Shown in pieces: positions 1-7,851 of a stretch of 64,000 bases of DNA (the first letter of the stretch is position 1; each line of letters opens with the position of its first letter). The translations under genes were made by a program, and so were the position numbers. The notes under the pieces were generated by a model, which did no database searches, had not been told where the DNA came from, and saw nothing but the letters and a program-made list of their open reading frames with translations. Source of the DNA: Gammaproteobacteria bacterium (lineage in GTDB: Bacteria; Pseudomonadota; Gammaproteobacteria; Steroidobacterales; Rariloculaceae); contig JAJDWR010000006.1 in assembly GCA_022825505.1 (NCBI GenBank), positions 10,476 to 74,475 on the forward strand, given 5' to 3'.

Positions 1-1
1 A

Positions 2-205
2 CTGGCAGCGGGCACTGTCGTTCCCGTGCTTGACAACTACCGCCTCCCCAGTGCGGAACTGTCAGCCTACTACCGCCGGTCGCATCACGTGCCAATGAAG
101 GTACGATCATTTCTCAACTTCATCAGTTCGGTTTACCAACCGACACCACCGTGGATTGCACCCATTCTTGAAAGTACGCCCGAACTGGGTTCGCACTTCG
201 TATGA
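2..205 (+). CDS. C-terminal fragment of LysR-family transcriptional regulator (runs off window)
   Basis: Manual translation LAAGTVVPVLDNYRLPSAELSAYYRRSHHVPMKVRSFLNF...PPW resembles the end of CrgA-like LysR substrate-binding domains; TGA at 203-205. Confidence 0.75.
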   Translation: MAAGTVVPVLDNYRLPSAELSAYYRRSHHVPMKVRSFLNFISSVYQPTPPWIAPILESTPELGSHFV

Positions 206-235
206 TCGCGTATTCGGGCCGACGCCCCCTTACGA

Positions 236-1855
236 TCAACCCCCGCCACGGGTTGGATAGAGACCCGGAATCATCAATCCACCGTAGATGCCCCAGTTGA
301 TGGTTTCGCCGGGATCGTACAGTTCGAGTTCGAATACGACCTCCGATGAGCCGTTTCGGGCGTATTCCCGCAGCAGGGAGGGCATGTGGAACTCGTTGAA
401 GAAAGTGCCGCTCAAGTCGCTGTTACTGTAGACCTGTCCGGTCGCGGGCGCCACGCAGTGCGCCCAGATCACCATCATGTTGCCGGTCTGCGGCAGCCTG
501 TGGGCGTCGCCCATGTCGGGGGAATGCCGGGATGTTGGGGAATGCCGCGTATCCGACGCCCAGGCCTCCTCGACGGTCATGGCGTCTTCGTCGACGCGGT
601 ACTCCACGCCGCGGCTGAAATTCTTCTCGGGCGGGACCGGCGGCTTTGGCGGGCGGGCGCCCCAGGTTCCGTTGTCGAAGAAGACGATGGTGCCTTCCGC
701 GGTGATGCGAGGATTGTGTCCGTGATAGGGCCAGCGTGCCAGGTTGACGGGCTTCAGCACCCGGTCGCCGAGTTCGCCCCAACCGGTCGGCTCGCCCAGT
801 ATCCACTTGATGTTGCCGCTGGCTCGGTCGACCTTGACAATGGCATCCTGGTGCCGTAGCGAGACCACCACCGAGTCGTCCCGGGCGTCGTAGCCGGCGC
901 CGTTACCGTGGGTCCAGTCCAGCGCGCCTTCGAAGCCGCGCATCGCCCAGTAGTCGTCCGTTCCTCCATAGCCGATCCGCATCGGATCGAGGCGGTCGAA
1001 GGCGGACCAGCGCCAGAGCAGCTCGCCGGAGCCGCGGTCCATCTCGGCCACGCCGTCGCCGACCACGATGGCCCTGCGCCGAGGCGCCTCAAGGTTGTAC
1101 TGGTCCGTGTAGTAGTCGTCGATTTCCCGGGATGATGCGGTGAATATCAGGAAATTTCCGTTGGGCATCTCTTTCGGCTGGTGATGCAATCCGGCGGTGT
1201 CCACGGCAATGGCCCCGGGGACCGGACCCTGAGGCCGGCGAGCCGCATACCACTGATTGACGGTATTGCCGAGCATATCGATCTCGAAGGTACGGAAGTC
1301 CCAGCGGTGGAAGATCAGGTTGCCGTTCCGGAGCCGGTCGATGCCTTCCAGGAAGCTGTCGGTCTCGTAGTACCAGCATACTTCGTTGTCGGCGTCCAGG
1401 GCGACGATGATCCCCCACCCGAAACCGAAGTCTACCGTCTCCTGCGACCACTCGTCGTACCGCCCCCTGGGTATGCGATGCACGGAAAGCAGCAGGACGC
1501 CCGGCTCGCAGCGGCTGCGGTCGTCCCTGTTGATGCGGATGCCATGAGGAAAGTCGTAGCCACCCGGCAAGGGGGGCGTGCGGTAGTGCAGCGGCGCGGG
1601 CGCCGTCAATTCGGCGCCGGATTCGGCAATCAGTGTCACGCGAAGTTCGTGGTCCCGGTCGGGGCGCATGCCGAGAATCGGCAGCCCCTCTGACGGCGGC
1701 CGGTCTCGGCCGAATTCCACGCTCCACTGGCGGTCCGGGTCGCGGATGTCAATCCGGGTGCGGCCGGGTTCGCTGGCCCGGAAGAACACCACTGCGGCCA
1801 GTGGCACCCGGGGATTGGGATTCCGGACAATGGTGGGCTCTTCTATGAAGTGCAT
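236..1855 (-). CDS. Aryl-sulfate sulfotransferase (ASST family)
   Basis: N-terminal NPxxPLAAVV Ig-like start; motifs LHHQ, DWTHGNG, SLRHQDAI, HGHNP match ASST catalytic His/Arg motifs; start taken at MHFIEE. Confidence 0.85.
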   Translation of the reverse strand: MHFIEEPTIVRNPNPRVPLAAVVFFRASEPGRTRIDIRDPDRQWSVEFGRDRPPSEGLPILGMRPDRDHELRVTLIAESGAELTAPAPLHYRTPPLPGGYDFPHGIRINRDDRSRCEPGVLLLSVHRIPRGRYDEWSQETVDFGFGWGIIVALDADNEVCWYYETDSFLEGIDRLRNGNLIFHRWDFRTFEIDMLGNTVNQWYAARRPQGPVPGAIAVDTAGLHHQPKEMPNGNFLIFTASSREIDDYYTDQYNLEAPRRRAIVVGDGVAEMDRGSGELLWRWSAFDRLDPMRIGYGGTDDYWAMRGFEGALDWTHGNGAGYDARDDSVVVSLRHQDAIVKVDRASGNIKWILGEPTGWGELGDRVLKPVNLARWPYHGHNPRITAEGTIVFFDNGTWGARPPKPPVPPEKNFSRGVEYRVDEDAMTVEEAWASDTRHSPTSRHSPDMGDAHRLPQTGNMMVIWAHCVAPATGQVYSNSDLSGTFFNEFHMPSLLREYARNGSSEVVFELELYDPGETINWGIYGGLMIPGLYPTRGGG

Positions 1856-1872
1856 GGACTCGCCCTTGCTTG

Positions 1873-3210
1873 TCACTTCGGGCTCAGCCGCGCCGGAATG
1901 GACCGGATGGCACGAACCATGCCGGGACCTCCCCAATCGGGTTCCTCCACCAGCAGTTCGATGGAAGCGAGTCGCTCAAGCAAAACGCGCAACGCGATCT
2001 CGCCCTCCAGCATGGCCAGGTGTCGGCCCTTGCAGATTCGCGGGCCGCCGCCGAAGCCCAGCGTGCGCCGCTTCGGCCGCCGGATGTCGAAACGGTCCGG
2101 ATTCTCGAAAACGCGCGGATCCCGGTTTGCCGCTCCCCACGCCATCAGAAGATTGGTGCCGGCGGAAATCCGAACGCCTTCGTATTCGATGTCCTCGTAC
2201 GCCCCGCGGTGAAGGCCGAAGAATGGCGGCTCAAGGCGTATCGCCTCGCGCCAGGCGTGATGGACCAGCCCCGGATTCTCCTCCAGCAGCGCCCATTGGT
2301 CGGGGTGGCTCAGGCACGTATAGACGACATTGGCGACACCTCCCGCCGCGGAGTCGATGCCGTCGAACGTAATCGCCGCTGCTGTCGTCGCGGCGTTCCT
2401 TGGCACGTCGTTCCAGTCGCTGTCGGCAAGAACGGACTCGAAGAGATTGAGAAAGGTCTCGCTCGTCGAATCGTCGCCCGTCGAATCGTCGCCCGTTGAG
2501 TCCCCATCCGTTGAGTCTCCGCCCGGCGAGTCCCCGCCCGGCGAGTCCCCGGCCGGCGAGTCCCCGGCCGTCCGATGACACGCCTCCACGTAATCCCGCA
2601 GGGTCTGCGCGGCGCGGTTCGCGATCTCCACCTCCTCAGGCGTAGTTTCGAACTTCAACATGGGAACGATGGCGGCGGAACACTTCTCCAGGAGCGGCGC
2701 CGCCTCCGCCGGCAGTCCCAGGAACCGGACCCAGAAGTTGCGAACGATGACCTGGACATAGTCCCGCCGCAGGTCGACCACTCCGCCGCGGTCGAGCATG
2801 TCGTCCATGGCCCGTTCGGCGGCGTGCGTGATCGTCTCGATCAGCGGATGGTTTCGCGCGGGGCTCATGGGCCGGTAGGTCGCGATCGCGATGGGCGTGT
2901 GCGCGGGCTCGTTCATGAAGAAGGGGCTGTAGCTGTCCATCCGGGCCAGGGCGCCCTCGGCCCCGGCGCCCGAGCGGCGTTTCCGGCGGTGCTGCGCGCC
3001 CAGAGCGGGATGGTGCATCAGGTCCGCGAGCGTCCGATGGGCCGTGGCGATCAGCCCGTCGCCGGTGGGCATTCGGAACAGGCCGGGTCCCGGCTGCGCA
3101 TGGGCGGCCCGGTAGGCAAACCCCGGATCCCGCGCGAATCGCTCATCAGCCAACTCCGAGAGCGCCGGCAGGTCTTGCGCTACCTGGTCCGTCATGCCGG
3201 GAATCCCCAT
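1873..3210 (-). CDS. Cytochrome P450
   Basis: EAIRL (ExxR), ANRDP..F..PDRFD, heme motif FGGGPRICKG; start may be 3195. Confidence 0.95.
   Translation of the reverse strand: MGIPGMTDQVAQDLPALSELADERFARDPGFAYRAAHAQPGPGLFRMPTGDGLIATAHRTLADLMHHPALGAQHRRKRRSGAGAEGALARMDSYSPFFMNEPAHTPIAIATYRPMSPARNHPLIETITHAAERAMDDMLDRGGVVDLRRDYVQVIVRNFWVRFLGLPAEAAPLLEKCSAAIVPMLKFETTPEEVEIANRAAQTLRDYVEACHRTAGDSPAGDSPGGDSPGGDSTDGDSTGDDSTGDDSTSETFLNLFESVLADSDWNDVPRNAATTAAAITFDGIDSAAGGVANVVYTCLSHPDQWALLEENPGLVHHAWREAIRLEPPFFGLHRGAYEDIEYEGVRISAGTNLLMAWGAANRDPRVFENPDRFDIRRPKRRTLGFGGGPRICKGRHLAMLEGEIALRVLLERLASIELLVEEPDWGGPGMVRAIRSIPARLSPK
2464..2568. repeat. 7 x 15-bp in-frame tandem repeat inside P450 (GDSP/GDST units)
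   Basis: Units such as cgtcgaatcgtcgcc, cgttgagtccccatc, cggcgagtccccgcc read directly. Confidence 0.95.
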
Positions 3211-3356
3211 GTGATTCGTCTTTGTACAACAAAATTGGGGTTCATGATGCGCAGGCTGGACCGGTTCTCTCGCATGGACGAACTATAGTAGTACAATCCA
3301 CGAAAGTGAAAGGGACTCGATACCAATCCCACACCCGGCACTGGAACGAATACCTG

Positions 3357-4553
3357 ATGCAGAACCTGTTAAACCCCGACCGGCCAGTCAACGTCAACAG
3401 CGTGGCGGTGCTGCTGTCCCTCATGTTTCTGCACCTTGTGGGCCCTCAGGCGGTGATCCTGCAGCCGGCCTTTGTGGACGGCATGGTCAGCCAACTGGGA
3501 TTCAGCCCGGTGCAGGGGGGCTACGTGGCGGCCGCGGAGAACTCCGGCAAGGCCGTGCAGAGTCTCCTGATGATGGTTCTGGTCACGCGAGTCAACTGGC
3601 GCTACCTGTTCTACGGCGCGCTCGGCGTGCTCATGGTCGGCAACCTGCTTTGCACCGTGGTGGACGACTATCAGACGTTTCGCGTACTGCGGTTCTGCAC
3701 GGGCATTGCCAACGGCACCATCGTACCGCTGTGCTACGTGGTTGTCGGGCTGACGGCCGCCGCGGACCGCAATTTCGGACTGCTGATCGTGTCCCTCATG
3801 GTCTACGCAGCCGTGATCTTCTTTGCCATCCCCACGATCTTTGCAATGGCCGGTCTCGTGGGACTCCTGCTGGTCTTCGCAAGCTTCGCCGGTCTCGCGC
3901 TCCCGGTCGTTCGCAACGTGCCCACCCAAGGCGAGCAACAGACCAGCGTCGACGGCGGCGGCCTCACCCTGCCGTGGAGCCTTCGCGGCATGGCGCTGGG
4001 CGCCATGTTCCTCTACTTCGTCGCCACGTTTGGCATCTGGACCTACATGTCGCTGATCGGCCGCGACGCCGGCATTCCCGCGCAACAGGTGGCCAACGCG
4101 CTGACCCTGTCGCAGTTCGCGGGCATCGCCGGCGCCCTGATCGCCGTTGTGCTCGGCAGTCGCTACGGGAGAGCCTGGCCGCTCGCCATTGCCCTGGTCG
4201 GCTCCATTGTCTCCCTGCTTATTCTCGGCAGCTACCGAACCGCCATGGGCTTCGTCATCGCCGCGTGCCTGTTCAACCTGCTGTGGAATACCGCGCACCC
4301 GTACCTGCTGGGCGCCCACGCGAGCTTCGACCGCAGCGGCCGCCAGGTGACCTACGCAGTCGCCATGCAGATGATGGGGATCGCCGCGGGACCCGCGGTC
4401 GCCGCCTCGATCCTTACCGGCGGCACCTATGGCCAGGTCATCACCCTGTGCACGGCCCTCCTGGCCGTCACCCTGGTACTCATCCAGCCACCGGTTCTCA
4501 GAGAGTCCACCTTGTCGCGGAAACGGGAACTCGCCGCGGCTTCGGGCCACTGA
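3357..4553 (+). CDS. MFS transporter
   Basis: About 12 hydrophobic segments in two halves, LGSRYGR loop motif; start taken at MQNLLN. Confidence 0.85.
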   Translation: MQNLLNPDRPVNVNSVAVLLSLMFLHLVGPQAVILQPAFVDGMVSQLGFSPVQGGYVAAAENSGKAVQSLLMMVLVTRVNWRYLFYGALGVLMVGNLLCTVVDDYQTFRVLRFCTGIANGTIVPLCYVVVGLTAAADRNFGLLIVSLMVYAAVIFFAIPTIFAMAGLVGLLLVFASFAGLALPVVRNVPTQGEQQTSVDGGGLTLPWSLRGMALGAMFLYFVATFGIWTYMSLIGRDAGIPAQQVANALTLSQFAGIAGALIAVVLGSRYGRAWPLAIALVGSIVSLLILGSYRTAMGFVIAACLFNLLWNTAHPYLLGAHASFDRSGRQVTYAVAMQMMGIAAGPAVAASILTGGTYGQVITLCTALLAVTLVLIQPPVLRESTLSRKRELAAASGH

Positions 4554-4649
4554 GCGAGCCAGGGGAGCAATGCGGCGCACCCGATGAAACGCAAGGATTG
4601 ACGCAGATTTGCGCCCATGCGTCAAAATCAATAGAAGTGTCCGTTGAGA

Positions 4650-6392
4650 TTAGGTGCTATCCGTTCGAGGCGTCGCACTCGAGGCAATACGGACAATCGA
4701 ATCCAGCTTATTGCAAATCTCCTCGTTGATCTCTTCCTGGGGCACGTACTGAGCCAATTCGTAGAAGTTCTTCTTCGCCATGAGATTGGGGAGATCGAGC
4801 TTATGGAAGTACGCGCGGAACAGTGGATCCAGGAAATCGTCGCTTGCCTTGGCGTCGGGATCCCAGGGTGAACCCCGACCGAGACTCTCAAGCGCCGAGG
4901 TGATCTCCTCGATAGCCTCTCGCATCGCGCGAAGCCGTTTGTCGGCCTCTGCCACAGCAAACAGCGGACCAGGCATGTCGGCTTCGGCGGACTGGATTGC
5001 GTACGCCTCCAGGGTCGCCTGCGTACAAAGGTAATTCTCGATCTCGCGTCTTTCCCACATCAAGCATTCAACCGGGGCGATTGCGGGCATACCACCATCT
5101 AACCGATCAAACAGCGCAACTCCCGTAAGGCCGGGAAACGCCTCGCGAATTCCGTGAAAGTGATTTTGAACCGCCCTCGGCTGGTTGCCGACATAATGCA
5201 CAAACGGTCTTTCTAGCGCAGCCGACGCCTCGGCATGTCCCAATCTTCGAGCGAACGCCTGTAGAACCGAGAGATCAGTCGAACCCTCTAGATATAGCAC
5301 CCAGCCGGTCTGCTCGGCCTGGTAATAGTGTTCAAAGCCGATTTCGCGCAGGGCCTTGAGCACCTGACTTCCGCGGTCGCCGATCCGATGGGGCCGTCCA
5401 ACGAAAGCCACAACAAGGTCGCGGTCTGCAGCTTCGTTCAGGAGTACTTCGGAGTGGCTTGCTGCAATGACCTGGCTTCCACTGTCGCGTCCCACGTCCG
5501 TCAGTAGCTGGTAGATCTGGCGCTGGCGAAGTATCTCCAGATGGGCGTCGGGTTCGTCCAGGAGCAGTACTGCGCCCGGATTCGCATACATGTATGCCAG
5601 CAGCAGCAGTGTTTGCTGAAGTCCTCTCCCGGTCGACGACAGATCCAGTCTCACACCGGGCTCGCGATATGTCATCGCAATCTCGCCCCGTTCCGAGATA
5701 TATCGGGGAGAATCGAGTTCAGACCCGAAAAGGTTTTCAATCTGTTCCGAGAGAACCTTCCATTTGTCGGGGCGGTCCTCATGAATTCGGTAGCAGAGAT
5801 TACGCAGCACCTCCGCGGTCCGACCTTCCCCTACACGAACATTGATAGCTCCCTGGTCCAGGCGTGTCTCCGTCGCTGCCAAACCTGACATCGGAGGCAG
5901 AAAGGCGATCTGAACCGAAGACGCTTCCGCAGGAATTGGCATGCGCTCGGGCACGTCTCCGTCCGAGAGACGCAACGGGCGACAATAGAAAGACTCCTCG
6001 TTTGCATAGTCAAACTCAAGCCCGCAGGTCCAGCTTCTATCTGCCGTCACACCTTCCACGACGATGTCGATCCGCACGTTGCCGGTCTGCTGGCGACCAT
6101 CGATCTTGCGGACATCCCGAACGCGCAGTTCTCGCCAAAGGAGTTTTGCGTCCGGGACCGGAAGGGAGACCAGGTCGCGACGGTTTACCGTGACCCCGGG
6201 CCGGCGCTCCGGCGTCTTCATACCCGACCGCCGCTCGTTCCACCGCTTTAGGCCGATGTCCCAGAGTGCCAGTGCTTGTAGAGCCGACGTTTTTCCGGAG
6301 TTGTTCGGGCCAATAAAGACAACAGGATTCCCAAGCTCGATCTCGGCTTCTCCGAATCGCTTGAAGTTGCGAACAGTGATCTTCGTCAGCAT
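4650..6392 (-). CDS. ABC-type AAA ATPase + TOPRIM-like domain protein (OLD/AriAB-like)
   Basis: NFKRF start, Walker A GPNNSGKT, Walker B LLLDEPDAHL, ASHS, C-terminal YLEGSTD...FDRLD...REIENYL. Confidence 0.85.
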   Translation of the reverse strand: MLTKITVRNFKRFGEAEIELGNPVVFIGPNNSGKTSALQALALWDIGLKRWNERRSGMKTPERRPGVTVNRRDLVSLPVPDAKLLWRELRVRDVRKIDGRQQTGNVRIDIVVEGVTADRSWTCGLEFDYANEESFYCRPLRLSDGDVPERMPIPAEASSVQIAFLPPMSGLAATETRLDQGAINVRVGEGRTAEVLRNLCYRIHEDRPDKWKVLSEQIENLFGSELDSPRYISERGEIAMTYREPGVRLDLSSTGRGLQQTLLLLAYMYANPGAVLLLDEPDAHLEILRQRQIYQLLTDVGRDSGSQVIAASHSEVLLNEAADRDLVVAFVGRPHRIGDRGSQVLKALREIGFEHYYQAEQTGWVLYLEGSTDLSVLQAFARRLGHAEASAALERPFVHYVGNQPRAVQNHFHGIREAFPGLTGVALFDRLDGGMPAIAPVECLMWERREIENYLCTQATLEAYAIQSAEADMPGPLFAVAEADKRLRAMREAIEEITSALESLGRGSPWDPDAKASDDFLDPLFRAYFHKLDLPNLMAKKNFYELAQYVPQEEINEEICNKLDSIVRIASSATPRTDST

Positions 6393-6441
6393 TGGCGACT
6401 ATTCTCCCAAGGTTTTCTGCGAATAGCCCTGCGGATACCCC

Positions 6442-7650
6442 TCATCCAATCATCACCGTTCGGGGAAACTGCGCGTAATTCTCCCAGCGGGTGGGCTTCT
6501 CGGGCATTTGGTCGGCAGTGGCCTGTACCTGGCCGTTCGCGTCGGTGACCCGCGAGACGATCGTATGTTCGCCCGGTTGGGCGTCCTGCCAGGCGTAGCG
6601 GAACAGCTTCCAGGAGTATTGGGTGGATTCCGGGTCGATGGCTGCGGGCTGCCAGGCACCGTCGTCGATGCGGACCTCCACGGAACTCAGCGGTGTGCCG
6701 TCGTTGAGCACAAAACCCATGATTTCGTGCCCGTCCGCGTTGTGTGTGACGCGCACGATGGATGACTTGAGCCGCATTCTCGTCACGGAGCGTTCCTCCC
6801 AGCGTTCCACGCCGCCGATGTCGCGGCGGGCCAGTGTCACGTAGTCCCGTGCCATGAAGCGGCCCATGTACCGCCGGTCCTGCACGTGGATCTGGGTCAG
6901 CCATTTCACGTTTGAAATGCCGTACCAGCCGGGGGCGATCAGCCGCAGCGGCGCCCCGTGGTAAAGGTTGAGCGGCTCGCCGTTCATTTCCCAGGCCAAC
7001 ATCATTTCCGGGAGAAGCGCATCGTCGCGATGCATGCTGCGGCCGAAGTTCTGCTCGACTCTCTGGTCGCGGATGCTCTCGGTTCCCGCATCGGCGCCGT
7101 AGAAAACTACTTCAAGTCCCGCATCCTGAATACCGGCCTCCAGCAGCAGCTCCCGCAGGCTGATGCCGCCCCACCGTGCATTGCCGATCAGGCCATGGAA
7201 GATCGCGGCACGATTGCCCCCGCACTCGAATCCGGCATCGATTTCGACCTTCGGCCGGGATTGCAGCTCCGCCAGCGTAAGCTCCATGGGACGGTTCACC
7301 AGGCCCGAGATCTGTAGCCGATAACTCTCCGCATCGATCTCCGGCTGGTCGTAGTGCTGAACGATGTAGAACTCACCCACAGGCGTGTAGAAAGAGTCGA
7401 TGTTGCGCGTGTCCTGGAACAGGATCCCACCAGGCACGACGGGAGGCGCCGCGAACGTCTCAGGCACATCGGTAAACGGGACGATTTCCTCCCCCTGGGC
7501 CAGTGCGAGCTTTGACCAGAACGGCATGCCGGCCGTCGCAGCCAATCCGCCCAGGGCCATACCGCCCATCAAGACATCTCGCCGACGAGTTTCTTCGCCC
7601 TGTAGGCGTTCTTCGATCTCAGGTCCGCGCTGTTCCAACTTCCGTGACAT
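6442..7650 (-). CDS. Sulfite oxidase-family molybdopterin oxidoreductase with Tat signal
   Basis: RRRDVL Tat-like motif, FECGGNR Mo-ligand Cys, HGAPLRLIAPGWYG, VKWL, C-terminal dimerisation domain; start MSRKLE (the ORF-track extension to 8472 is antisense to the next gene). Confidence 0.88.
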   Translation of the reverse strand: MSRKLEQRGPEIEERLQGEETRRRDVLMGGMALGGLAATAGMPFWSKLALAQGEEIVPFTDVPETFAAPPVVPGGILFQDTRNIDSFYTPVGEFYIVQHYDQPEIDAESYRLQISGLVNRPMELTLAELQSRPKVEIDAGFECGGNRAAIFHGLIGNARWGGISLRELLLEAGIQDAGLEVVFYGADAGTESIRDQRVEQNFGRSMHRDDALLPEMMLAWEMNGEPLNLYHGAPLRLIAPGWYGISNVKWLTQIHVQDRRYMGRFMARDYVTLARRDIGGVERWEERSVTRMRLKSSIVRVTHNADGHEIMGFVLNDGTPLSSVEVRIDDGAWQPAAIDPESTQYSWKLFRYAWQDAQPGEHTIVSRVTDANGQVQATADQMPEKPTRWENYAQFPRTVMIG

Positions 7651-7851
7651 GGCTACTCCCAGGTTAAGGATCGACGTGCATCGTGACTCCTGCAACCGAG
7701 GATTGTATATGCTGCACAGCGCCAGGGTGGAGCGGACCGCGACAGCGCCCGGTGCGCGATGAGTGAGCGCCCACATTCGTGTTAGTCTCGGGGGTTGAAG
7801 GGACCTGCACGCGGCCCCTTGCGCCTGTGCCTTACACATGGGGAAAACGAC

